From NCBI RefSeq assembly GCF_006345805.1, contig NC_043015.1, forward strand, positions 53,568,001 through 53,632,000: a stretch of 64,000 nucleotides of DNA. The letters are read 5' to 3'. A model generated the notes under the pieces. The model was not told the DNA's origin, did no database searches, and worked only from the letters and a program-made list of their open reading frames with translations. This document shows, in pieces, positions 1 through 11,794 of the stretch (positions within the stretch are counted from its first letter, which is position 1; every line of letters starts with the position of its first letter). The translations under genes were made by a program, and so were the position numbers. Source of the DNA: Octopus sinensis. Lineage: Eukaryota.

Positions 1-310
1 CACCTATCCTTTCTCCCCCCCGACCCCTACTTTCTCAGTCCTTCATCCTTTCACCCCACCCCCTACTCCCCTCCCTTCTTCCCTCTTTCTCCCTCCCTCT
101 TCCCCTTCCCTCTGCTCCCTCACTCCCTCTCTCCCCTCCCCTTCCTCTCTCCCCCCTCCCCTCTTTCCTCCTTCATCCCCCTCCTCACCTCCTTCTCCCC
201 CATCGTCTCCTCTTCTTCCCCCTCTTCTTCCCCTCCCCTTCTCTCCCCCCCCTCTTCTCCCCTCCCCTTCTCTCCCCCCTCTTCTCCCCTCCCCCCCCCC
301 TTTTCTCCTC
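1..310. repeat. Polypyrimidine/polypurine low-complexity tract
   Basis: Plus strand is almost only C/T with repeated CCCC runs; the G/R/E-rich ORFs here are artefacts of it. Confidence 0.95.
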
Positions 311-339
311 ACTACACCACATGACTTTACACATCACAT

Positions 340-598
340 CACATATGATGTGCCATACTAATACACCACACACTAATAAACATACTAATACGTACTAATA
401 CATACTAGTACATACTAATACTTACACCAACCCTATACATACACACGTCCAGACCCCGCATACGCACTTATACTCTCTCACACACACACACACACCTATA
501 CATACCAATACGTACTAATACATACTAATACATACTAATACATACACCAACCCCATACATACGCACGTCCAGACCAATCTTACGCACTAATACTCTCT

Positions 599-633
<35 letters not shown>

Positions 634-710
634 GTATACATACTAATACATACACCAACCCTATACATACACACATCCAGACCCCTCCCACGCACTTTTA
701 GCTGGTCACT
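340..710. repeat. CATACTAATA-based minisatellite with about 110-120 bp higher-order unit
   Basis: CATACTAATAC(A/T)TACACCAACCC(T/C)ATACATAC(A/G)CAC(G/A)TCCAGACC recurs near 411, 531 and 642. Confidence 0.85.
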
Positions 711-868
711 CAACCCTTTTATCAACCCTATTATCTCCCCTTATTTCGCTCTCGCGTCTCATGTTTGATCTTTGACCTCTGGCCGAAATCAGATCGCCAT
801 GTTGATTCGTTAGCTACTGCACGCATTTTTTTTCTCTCCTTCTTTCTGTGTTTTTCTCTCTCTGTGTA

Positions 869-906
869 TCTTTCTGTTGAAGAGCGTAGGCTCGAAACGT
901 TAAAGA
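869..906 (+). ncRNA. Minimal type-I hammerhead motif, U6 variant core
   Basis: UCUUU-CUGUUGA-A-GAGC(GUAG)GCUC-GAAAC-GUU^AAAGA: 5-bp stem I, 4-bp stem II, loopless palindromic stem III. Confidence 0.65.
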
Positions 907-1003
907 CTTGTTTTATTTATATTCCTGAGCGCCATACTAATACAATTGTTCGTTTGTCTTGCACCTGCCTTCGTCTTTTGTTTATTTTCATAAAGCTTCC
1001 CGT

Positions 1004-1037
<34 letters not shown>

Positions 1038-1113
1038 ATATATATATATTCGACATGATAGATCATTAGCCACTACACATCCTTTATTTTCTCTCCTTAT
1101 TTCTTTTTGTGTT

Positions 1114-1151
1114 CCTTTCTGTGGAAGAGCGTAGGCTCGAAACGTTAAAAA
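1114..1151 (+). ncRNA. Minimal type-I hammerhead motif, U6 variant, weak stem I
   Basis: CCUUU-CUGUGGA-A-GAGC(GUAG)GCUC-GAAAC-GUU^AAAAA; only 3 bp of stem I remain. Confidence 0.5.
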
Positions 1152-1387
1152 CTTATACACTTCCTGAGCATTACACTAATACATCGGTTTATTGTCTACA
1201 CCACCTCACTTCGTCTTTTGCTTTTTGTGAATTCTCCCTATATATACATACATACTACACACACACACACATATATATATGCATACACACACACACACAC
1301 ACGCACACACGCACACACACACACACGCACACACGCACACACACACACATACACACACACAAACACACACACACATACACACACACC

Positions 1388-1445
<58 letters not shown>

Positions 1446-1455
1446 TATATATATA

Positions 1456-1589
1456 TTAAGAGCACGGACTACTAACCCCAAGATCCCGAGTTCGATTCAA
1501 GCCAGTCACCTGAATAATAATAATAACAATAATAATAATAATACTCCAGATCGGGAGTACAACACTCTACCAAATAGTAATAAATATCC

Positions 1590-1625
<36 letters not shown>

Positions 1626-1806
1626 CAACAACATCGAAAAATAACTTCGGAATGAGAACCCAGGTTCGAAATTTCCCAAAGACACCTGATGAAGACATGG
1701 AGGATATATCAGCCGAAACATTGTGTTAACAACAAACAAGATGAGAACAAATATCCGCCAAATCTAAATAACGTACATAATTCCTCATCGCTTAAATATA
1801 GAACTG
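1456..1806 (+). mobile_element. tRNA-headed SINE carrying a hammerhead motif, copy 1 (5'-truncated)
   Basis: tRNA-like head with B-box-like GAGTTCGATTC, (AAT)n, second GGTTCGAAATTTCC, degenerate HHR at 1681-1727 and tail AATATCCG..AAAT..AAATAA; homologous to 38703 and 47540. Confidence 0.85.
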
Positions 1807-2983
1807 TATTATTGATAAAATAAATTCCAGATGATGTCCGGCATTATAGTAACCAACAATCAAGTAGATAAATAAAGAAACTGCTTCACAGAACAGAAAT
1901 TCTTGACCACAAATGTCTCAATTCAAATCAAACAACACAGAAACCTTAAGCCGTGTCATTCTACTCATCTCCCCGTTGTAGCGAAATCACTTTAATTTTA
2001 CTGTTCTAATTGAGGACTGGGGTTGATGTAATTGCCTTAAACTACCTCCAAAATTGCTGGCCTTGTGCCAAAATTTGAAATCCTTATTTCCACTATAGAT
2101 CTTATGAGGACGAATAAGACAAATACGGCGTTTGAGAGATTTTGCTGTCATACAGAATAACGTAGAACCACTTGACTTTTGCGATAGAAGCGACAGTGTA
2201 TTTCGCACCAGAATTAACATACAATCACTGTCATTCGACGTGAATTCTATGACACTCGGGGACGATGCCTGAACAGTAGTTTGTAAGTATTCCAGTGCTC
2301 TCAGTTAGAACTTCATTTAGATTTGCTAAATTGAATTGGTTTCACCATACATGAAGGATGAATAGAATGACGCGGTTTAAGATTCCTGCGTTGTGAGATT
2401 TTAATTTGGACAGCTGTGCGTTATTAATTATAAGTTTTTCTACCCTGAGAGGAATTTTCCTTATACATCTGCTTGGTTATTAGTTACTATATTGCCAGAC
2501 ATCAAGTGGTCTTCTAAGAATTGATTTACGGAGTTACTCTAATACCTATGCAGTAAGTAGAGTGTATAAAATCCTCCTGATATTGCGACGACAATTTCTC
2601 CCTTCAACCAACTAATAAATTATTAATTGTGTATTTCTAAAAGGCTAATAAGTGTTTTCCATGCTGAGGTTGCTGTAATTAGTTTCATCACACGCTCTTA
2701 GATATGATCATTTGTTACACAAATTCAACTCAGAAATAGTCAATTGACTTTGTAATTTTTTCTTTCCTCGCGAGTTCTGTCGTTCTTGGCAATAAGATTT
2801 CTACATGCTATCGCAAGCGGAATTCAGGGATCGTCTTTACCGACCTAATTATTCTAAACTATAACAGCTGGGATTTCATTATAAAACACTAATTATTTAA
2901 AAGTATATCTTTACACATTTATATAAACATACATACATGCATACATGCATACAAACATACATACATAAATACATACATATATA

Positions 2984-3542
2984 AAATATAGGCACAACCG
3001 ACTTGATATATTGATTTGGGATAGAGAAGAGAAACTGTGCACAATTGTGGAAATTAGTTGCTCAGTGGACGTTAACATAAAGCTGAAGATCAATGAAAAA
3101 GAGAACGCCTATGCTGAACTTTTGAGAAATCTGCAGTAATTTTATCCAGATTACAAGTTCAGGTTTATGCCTGTAATTATTTAAGCCCTGGAATATGTAA
3201 CTGCCTAAATACCAATCTTGAGAAATTAGGCATCTAAAAAAGCAGAAAGGTAAAGGCTAATTCGAAGACTACAGATCCAGTTCATCACTGGAACTGTAAA
3301 AATCTGTAAAACTTTCCAGAAGTTTATCATTTAGATATATATAAACATATCTAGACATGCAGCTATATTTCTGTGAATACATACATAATACATAGAAATC
3401 TGCATATACATACATACATACATACAAAAATACCCTGTTGTTGATATTGAAATTCCAATGTAGGAACCTTGGATCTAGGTTAGAAACCGGTTCTTTCTCT
3501 ATTGGCAAGGAATCTTGAAATAAAGTGAATAATGACCTGCAT
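2984..3542 (+). mobile_element. 3' fragment of an RLE-type (R4/Dong-like) non-LTR retrotransposon in a (CATA)n tract
   Basis: Decayed frame RHNRLDILIWDREEKLCTIVEISCSVDVN..EKENAYAELL..FMPVII..LIRRLQIQFITGTVKICKTF (PD-D/E-K nuclease pattern), stop at about 3332, then 3' UTR; flanked by (TACA)n. Confidence 0.8.
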
Positions 3543-3724
3543 ACATTCATATATACATACATAGAAACATACTTATATACTTTCATACATACAAACATAC
3601 ATACATACACGCATGCATACATACACGCATGCGTACATACACGCATGCACACATACATACATACATACATACATACATACATACATACATACATACATAC
3701 ATACATACATACATACATACAGAC

Positions 3725-3995
3725 ATAGTAAAAATTTCCAGAAGGTTATCATTTAAATATATATGAGCATGTCTAGATATGCAACTATTTTTATGAGAAT
3801 ACATTCAGGAAACAGAACATACAAATTTGTCCATATACATACATACATACATATATTGTACATATAAATACAGACAAACAAAAATACCCTGTTGTTAATG
3901 TTGAAATACCAATGAAAGAGCCTTGGATCTAGGTTAGAAACTATTTATTTCTCTATTGGCAAAAGACATTGAAATAAAACTGAACAATGACATAC
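3725..3995 (+). mobile_element. Second 3' end of the same RLE retrotransposon family
   Basis: Repeats TTTCCAGAAG..TTATCATTTA..ATGTCTAGA and AAAAATACCCTGTTGTT..CCTTGGATCTAGGTTAGAAAC of 3310-3542; (TACA)n on both sides. Confidence 0.8.
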
Positions 3996-4071
3996 ATACA
4001 TAATACATACATACATACATACATACATACATACATACATACATACATACATACATACATACATGCATAAA

Positions 4072-4270
4072 TACGAGACGCTATCTGCCCCTGAAGCATG
4101 ATATAGTCACAAAGATTATTTACAATGCTGTCTGCAGGAAAGACTACCCAGACGCAGACATTAAGCGCATTTCCGAAGCAGCAGGTATTTACCTCTTTAA
4201 AAAAAAAGAGTACTGGAGGAACATGAATTCGGTGCAAACATATTGTTCTGTGGGATAGGGAACAAGAGCC
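4072..4270 (+). mobile_element. RLE retrotransposon fragment, related lineage (RHD-motif region)
   Basis: RRYLPLKHDIVTKIIYNAVCRKDYPD..KKEYWRN../..KHIVLWDREQE aligns by eye with the fragment at 62407-62930; starts right after (TACA)n. Confidence 0.65.
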
Positions 4271-4289
4271 ATACATTGCTAAGTTACGG

Positions 4290-4376
4290 AGACTTACACA
4301 CACCTGCATCGGTTGTCAAGCGATGATGGTGGGGGGGGGGGACAAACTGACACAATCATATGCACACGCACATACA

Positions 4377-4410
<34 letters not shown>

Positions 4411-4605
4411 CATGCATGCATACATACATACATACATACATATACACGACGAGCTTCTTTCAGTTTTCGTTTACCAAACCCACTCACAAGGCTTTGGTCA
4501 GCCCAAGGCTATAGTAGAGGACACTAGTCCAAGGTGCCACGCAGTGGGACTGAACTCGGAACCATGTGGTTGGTAAGCAAGCTACTTACCACGTATCCAC
4601 TCCTG
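4290..4605 (-). mobile_element. tRNA-derived SINE family S2 with internal microsatellite
   Basis: Head GGAGTGGATACGTGGTAAGTAGCTTGCTTACCAACCACATGGTTCCGAGTTCAGTCCC on the minus strand; same family as 32790, 60104 and 61873. Confidence 0.85.
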
Positions 4606-4648
4606 CATTCTATTATTGTTCAACAATATTTTATGTGACTGTGTCCAC

Positions 4649-4830
4649 GAACGGGCAGAATCGTTATTTCGTACGTTTTTAGGTTTTGAGTTCAAATTCC
4701 GTCGATGCCAAGATTGCAATTTATCTTTTCGGGGTTGGTAAAGTAAGTACCAGTAGAGCACTGGGGTTGATTAAATTCGATTTACCTCCACCCATGAACT
4801 TACAGGCCTTCTGCAGAATAGGAACTTAGA
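4649..4830 (+). mobile_element. Diverged SINE family S1
   Basis: GAGTTCAAATTCCG..TTTTCGGGG..AAGTACCAGT..CACTGGGGTTGAT similar to 12953-13172. Confidence 0.7.
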
Positions 4831-4905
4831 TCATAAGACTGAAATAAATGTCGCTAAGTATTTTCTCTGCCGCGACAATGATTCTGCCTGGACATCGCCT
4901 TGATA

Positions 4906-4934
4906 AAGAAGAAGAAGAGGAAGAAGAATAAGAA

Positions 4935-4965
<31 letters not shown>

Positions 4966-5013
4966 AAGAAGAAGAAGAAGAAGAAGAAGAAGAAGAAGAA
5001 GAAGAAGAAGAAG
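4906..5013. repeat. (AAG)n microsatellite
   Basis: Direct reading. Confidence 0.98.
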
Positions 5014-5969
5014 ACTAGTGATGAAGTTCATAATATAAAATCTAACAATAATACTTATGATGTGGATGATGATGATGATGTTGATGATGATGATGGTGAT
5101 AATGTTTTCTTTTATAATAATAATGATAATGATATCTTTTAATAATGATAATAACGTATTCTTTATAAGCCACGGGAGGAAAGCAACGATTGCCATTCGA
5201 ATTTGAATGGAATAGAAACATAATTCAAGTTATTTGTATAAATTATCAAACTACAATTGAACATGAAATTTAGTCTCGAAAATAAAACTAAATAATTGAA
5301 ATATCACATCAAAATAAATAAAACAAAATTCATTTGAATAGAACAAAACTTCATTCGCAAATGTTGTTCGCATTATTTTTGTTGTCTGAGCTACTAAAAC
5401 TATCTTCTTCCAGCTGGAAATCTTTATTTATAATGAGACTTTCACAGAGCAGACAGGTCACCCTCAAACAATACCTTACGTTTGATATATCAAATTTAAC
5501 GCTTCATCAATTTTGTCAATGGCCAATAGAGATCGTATCGTGTTATCACTTATTTGTTAGGAAAAGAAAAAAAGTTATTTATTTTCTCTATTTTTCCCTT
5601 AAATTTTTTTTCCATTTCAAATAGATGGCATTATTTTTTTTTATCTCTATTTCCAACATTTAATTTGATGTTGAAGTTAGAAAGCAAGAATGCTAAATCG
5701 ACAGAAACAATAAGCTTCCAGACTAAAAGCTGTATAAATTTAGTAAATTTAGTAAATTTAGTGTTAACATATTTGAAACCAAAGAGAATTAAAATGTTAA
5801 CTAAAAATAACATAGCTGCAAGCGAAAGTTAGTTTCACTAGTCTATATTCTTATTAAATTACTGGTGTGTTAGCAATGTTTTATTTCATTGATATAATGT
5901 ACTATAGAATAAATATGTCTTCAGGTTTTAAGTATTTTTAAAAGCAACACTGTGTGTCACGACTTATAT

Positions 5970-6960
5970 AACGTACAATTCATCTTTATAATACGTGTAA
6001 GGAAACAAAAAGATGCGAGAGCAGTATGTACGTTACGACACGTTTTGAAATCTTTGTCAGTTGCAGCGCATCAACTTTAACTCTCAACAAACGCTGAGGT
6101 TATTCTTCTCTACTCTAGGTACAAGGCCCGAAATTTTGGGTGAGGGGGCCAGTCGATTAGGTAGACCCCAGTACGCAACTGGTGCTTAATTTATCAACCT
6201 CGAAAGGATGAAAGGCAAAGTCGATCTCGGCGGAACTCAGAATGTAAAGCCAGACAAAATACCACTTCGCATTTCAACCGGCGTGCTAACGATTCTGACA
6301 ACTAGCTGCCTTAAAGGCAGAGGTTATTAGCACACTAATGACTATATCTATTTATTAGCCAGCACTGTCTTATGACGATTGTAATAAATAATTCATCTTT
6401 ACTATACGTGTGGCGACAGAAATAGTGAAAACGACTGTACGTACGTTTCGGCACTTATTTCCAAACTTCGGTAGCAAGAGCAGCTCTGCACAGCCTTTAA
6501 ACACACGGGGAATGAAATCAATAAATCTTTGCAATGTTTTTTTTCTATTGAACATAGCTTTACATTTGTTTATCAGCACCGTGTCTTACTAGAACTGTGA
6601 TAAATGACTCGTGTTTACAACAGATGTATAAACATAAAAAGGGTGGACGAGTGTTGTCACCTTTGGAAGAAATCGTCAGTAGACGACAACAAATTTTACT
6701 CTGCTCAAACACACAAAAAATACACCCACCAAAGAACATATCGATAGGGTTCTTTTTTTAGTGAATACTAGGTGTTACAACGACTGTAAACAATTCATTT
6801 TTATAGTATGTTTACAGACAATATAAAAGAACAGGAACGACGCTTGTATGTACGTTTCTAATCTTTTGGGGATCTTCGGCAACAGCTTTGTCTGACCTTT
6901 AACTATCCACAAATCTTTACTTACAAATTCACTAATATTAGACAGAGCAATTTGCATATT
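5970..6960 (-). repeat. Decayed tandem array of about 200-bp units, each with a hammerhead remnant
   Basis: Core-like heptamers on the minus strand at 6054-6060 (CTGACAA), 6465-6471 (CCGAAGT), 6673-6679 (CTGACGA) and 6873-6879 (CCGAAGA). Three are followed by G(A/T)AAC-GTAC-(G/A)TA, and three units share AATTCAT(C/T)TTT (5977, 6390, 6792). Confidence 0.6.
6105..6312 (-). mobile_element. SINE family S1 inserted in the HHR array
   Basis: Near full-length copy; GAGGTTATT at 6096-6104 and 6320-6328 may be a TSD. Confidence 0.9.
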
Positions 6961-8613
6961 TGACACTTTCGAGACAGTGAGGTCATAAATGAATTTACTA
7001 CTTTATTTGACGATGTCATTCATTAGATTTGAGTGAATCTCGATCGAGCAAATATTTAATGAAAAATGTTCTTGCCATTACCAACCTGTTTTATTACCTC
7101 TATATCGACGTCCATATTGTACCGCGTACAATTTTATTTCTCTATTTTTTTCTTATGGTTTTAAGGTATTATTTTAGGGATATTTGTTCCCTATTTCTTG
7201 CTAGGCAATTTACCATGCAAGTGTTGTAATTGTTTGTGCCTCTAGATTCGACACTAAATTCCCTTTATGAAACGATATATTCATCAACAAAAGTCCACCT
7301 AAATAGTTGCTAGGACGTCTCATACCAATAGACTCCATTTAAGCCCATTTGATTAATGTTCTTTCTCAGACCTTCCCTTGTTGTCAGCGAGCTACATTTT
7401 CCAATATGGCATTCCATTTTAGTAAGAGTTAATGAAGATTTATTTCCTATTTCTAGCTAGTCGAGATAATGAGTGGGCGTAGTACTTGCTTGGGACTGGT
7501 ACAAAGCAGATCTCATGAAATGGCAAAGATTCATCCAATAATAAACTGCTACACGACTGATGGATATGAATACTTTCAGCAACATATATCCACCTCTGAC
7601 TCAATGTTGAGCTCCGCCTGTCCCCCCCCCCCCGCTTTATCTTCCGCTACTTCATCAGTCACTGTTTCATCAGAATTAATGGATTTCTTGCTCACTCTTA
7701 CATAGATGCTGGTCACATTTCTTCCTATTATCTTTCAAAATGTCGGTCCACTGCAAGGCAGCGTATGGATCAATTTGCCCAGTTGAATCTATCAGTATAT
7801 CACTCGCTCGAAATCCAATTTCTTGGAATTACTCTTTGTGCAGATATGAAATGGACTGCACAGAAGAGGACACATGTCGGATGGAAGAGTCGCTGAACAT
7901 ATCACAGGTGTTTGATGAAAGATTTCCAGACAATGGACATAAGATAAAATAAAACAATGAAGAAGACCATCCCTTAATATAACAATACCTGTTTCAACAC
8001 ACGATTTCACATCAAGAATCCTGGAAAGCAAATTTGTAAACAAAATTGTAAACGTAAACATTCACAATAAAACATCAACCGAGTCGACTACACCGATCCT
8101 GGCCGCTCTGCAACACCATAGACACAACCGATTTCGTTAGATAAAAATCATTAAAAGGTCACAACTATCATTATAACAACAGTACCGGAATTTGATTTGA
8201 CTAGTGCCATGTACCTGAGTAGTACCGACAAAAGGCGTTTCGTCCATCTTTACGTTCTGAGTTCAAAATCCGCCGAGCCCAACTTTGATGTTCAACCTTT
8301 CGGGATCGATGAAATAAGAACCAATTGATCACTGGGTCGATCAAAAATTGCTGGAATTGTGACAATAATTATAAAGCAATATATCTGAATTTCATTCCAT
8401 GATATCGTTTTACTGCAGAAAGAAAAGAAACCATTGTTGTCTATGGCATCAGAACGAACAATCCTCTGCGCCGTCATTCAATTAGCTACAAGTCAAATCT
8501 CCCTCAAACGACATGCAACTTTTAACAAAAAGATGGACTCATTCGATAAAATGTACCCATTTGTGTTCGTGTACACGCGCCTGTATGACTGTGTGTGAAA
8601 GTGTGTGCGCGCT

Positions 8614-9074
8614 AGCGTGTATACATTAATATATAGAGAGAGGTATATACATATAGATACACACACACGTGGACGCAGGCGAACATACACGCATATACTT
8701 ATATTAGAAGCAATGTATATATATATAATCAATAAAAAAATTACGTTGAAGAAAAGATAGCAAGAAAAAAACAAATACGCGAGGACGTGTTACGTGCAAA
8801 GTTTTAATAAGACGCTCACGTATGGAAAGAAAGATTGGTTGTTTTACGTTTCGAGCAAAGCTCTTCTTCAAAAACAGGAGACAGGGGAAACTCCAAGAGA
8901 AAAGGAAGAGGGATGAAAAAATCGCCAAAAGTCCACGTTACATTTAGGAGTAACAAATTACATTTTACAAACAAATACACATACACACACACATGTATAT
9001 ATACATATGTATATACACACAGAGATACATACGAGCGTGTATACATTAATATATGTAGAGAGGTATATACATAT
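8614..9074 (-). mobile_element. HHR-bearing unit bounded by about 41-bp direct repeats (period 420 bp)
   Basis: AGCGTGTATACATTAATATAT..AGAGAGGTATATACATAT at 8614 and 9034; HHR at 8841-8875. Confidence 0.6.
8841..8875 (-). ncRNA. Minimal type-I hammerhead motif (C3U)
   Basis: GUUU-UUGAAGA-A-GAGC(UUU)GCUC-GAAAC-GUA^AAAC. Confidence 0.65.
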
Positions 9075-9261
9075 CTATACATACATAGTTTATATTCTGT
9101 TAAGAACGTAACAGAGTACAGTATAAACCTTGTCCACCTTCATATTTCACTCTGTGCAATCCAGTGGTAGTAATAGTTCCAGGATTGCATTGAGTCTTTT
9201 GTGGTGGGTGAAAGGATAATTGAATACTACTTAACTTCAGTTTATTAAATTATATACATGC

Positions 9262-9315
<54 letters not shown>

Positions 9316-9320
9316 ATGAA

Positions 9321-9702
9321 AGAAAAACCACTGTTATGTAATACAAACAATGATAGACATAAACCATATCGTATAGACAAATAAAATATATGAAAAAATA
9401 TATCTACATCTGAAAAAGTACATAATAATAAGTAAACACTATATAATGAGTAAAAAGACTACGTACGCTTCGTGGCTATAACTTCAGTTCGAATTACAGT
9501 TAAATTTAAATTTAATTCGAATTCGAATTGAAGTGAATTTATAGCCACGAAACGTACGTATTCTTTTTACTTATTATATATTGTTTACTTATTATTATGT
9601 ACTTTTTGTGATCTAAATATATGTTTTATCATATATTTTATTTCTTTTATATGATTTGGCTTATGTCTATCATTGTTTGAATTAAATAATAATGGTTTTT
9701 CT
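9321..9702. repeat. Imperfect 380-bp palindrome made of two head-to-head HHR-remnant units
   Basis: Arms pair about a centre near 9510. Right arm has GAA-TTGAAG..TATAGCCAC-GAAAC-GTAC-GTA-TTC (9525-9563), mirrored in the left arm. Confidence 0.85.
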
Positions 9703-9827
9703 CTAATTTATATATATTATATATTTATATTATGAAATTTGATTTAATACTAAATTTAATTTTCCCAGTATGTTTCGAGTAATATTCCTTAATATTATTC
9801 TTATATAAATATATACATATATATCTC

Positions 9828-9896
<69 letters not shown>

Positions 9897-9918
9897 CATA
9901 TAGATATATGTATATATA

Positions 9919-10649
9919 TCTTATATATATAAAACTGAGAATGTGTGTCTGTCTGTCTGTCTGTCTGTGTGTTTCCCTAAAACTTGAGAACAACAACCAA
10001 TTTCATTCAAATTTTACACATGCCTTACTTAGGGTCCATGTAGTTTCATGGGCAAAAAAATGTTAAACTTCTTGCCTAGAGCGAGCCCATAGCAATATCA
10101 TATCTTCTCCACTATTTCAGTATTACGTGTTAAAAGTGAAACAAAAATATTTCTCTATTTTATGTCAGATGCTTCCACTTTAACAATAAAAATAAAAATA
10201 ACAATTGAATCATGTAGTAAGTAATAATTAAAATCAAACTAAAGTATAATATAATCGTAATATAACAAAAGTAAAAATAACAATTGGTATAAAATTGCAT
10301 CAATGATTTGAACTTGAATAAGTGATTTGACATGAATGGGAATAAATTTTTTAAAAATTAGCGTGCAAAAATGGAATAGTCCAGATGGATAATAAAAAAT
10401 TAAATTAAAGAAAAGACTATTGTCTATAAAGTATACAATGTAGAGAAAAAAGAAGAGCTAACAATTCCAGTCTGTTATATATTTTGAGTATTGTTATCAC
10501 TAGCGGTATCAAGATATAACTTTGTATTTTGCATTTTATGTGTAGATGTATATATATATATAGATGTACATGTAATATGTACACATATATATACACATAT
10601 ATACATGCACTAGAACTATGACTCGGCAACGACGGGTCTTTAATGCTAG
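9919..10649 (+). mobile_element. Non-autonomous Helitron
   Basis: A^TC 5' end, internal (TCTG)n, subterminal hairpin ACTCGGCAACGACGGGT (10621-10637), CTAG^T 3' end, no TSD, inserted in (AT)n. Confidence 0.8.
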
Positions 10650-10715
<66 letters not shown>

Positions 10716-11099
10716 TATATGTATATATATATTATATATATATATATATATATTACATATATATATATTTGTTCTATGTATTTGAATGCAAAAGATTGTT
10801 TACTTAATTCTTGGTCCACAATAAACACTGTGCTGTTATGATAGGGTCGCAATCTGAACGTAAACAAAACTCCATAGAGCATCATTAAGGACGGACGTAG
10901 GATCAAGCACAGCCATTCTACCACCTTCTCTTCTTCTTCTTCTTCTTCTTCTTCTTCTTCTTCTTCCCTCACTCTCCCCTCCCACTCTCTTTTCTCTTTC
11001 TTTTTTTTCTTTCTTTTCCTGTCTCATGATTGTTTCAAGTGAGGAAATAACAGATCGCTACGTCTCAGCAGTTGGCGGTTATCAAATCTAATTACTTCT

Positions 11100-11163
11100 A
11101 TGATTGAAGAAACGGGCAATAACAACAGCACTAACAACAACACAAGCAACCACCAGACTACTC

Positions 11164-11216
<53 letters not shown>

Positions 11217-11584
11217 GAAGCTACTGCTGCTGCATTTATTACGAGGATGATGATGCTAATAACTGTAATAGCAGCAACATTAACAATATTACCAACGAGA
11301 ACAACAAAAACAGTAATAGTAATAATAATAATAATAATAATATAATAATGATAATAATGATAATAATAATAATAACAATAGTAAAAATAGTAGTAATAAT
11401 ATTAAAAATAATAATGATAATAATGATGATAGTAATAATGGTAATAATAATAATAATAATAATATATAATAATAATAATAATAATAATATAATAATGATA
11501 ATAATGATAATAATAATAATAACAATAGTAAAAATAGTAGTAATAATATTAAAAATAATAATGATAATAATGATGATAGTAATA

Positions 11585-11637
<53 letters not shown>

Positions 11638-11719
11638 AATAACAATAATAATGATAATAATTATAATAACAATAGTAATAATAGCGATAATAATTTTAAT
11701 AATTATAATGATAATAATG

Positions 11720-11794
<75 letters not shown>

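Larger units (their letters stand above)
760..1240 (+). mobile_element. Two diverged tandem units of an HHR-bearing (Penelope-like/retrozyme-like) repeat, family A
   Basis: Both units share GAAGAGCGTAGGCTCGAAACGTTAAA, CCTGAGC, ACTAATACA and CTTCGTCTTTTG, and each ends in (TA)n. A third copy lies at about 34660-34870 (-). Confidence 0.75.

Noticed and set aside
6370-6966. Two short ORFs with similar ends (LLPK..KMN.LQS*) as a duplicated peptide gene
   Set aside because: The shared GAAACGTAC motif falls in different frames in the two copies, so the similarity is at nucleotide level and is better explained by the HHR tandem array.
7800-7885. QFLGITLCADMKWTAQ resembling a LINE RT thumb motif
   Set aside because: Too short, with no other RT motifs recognisable nearby.
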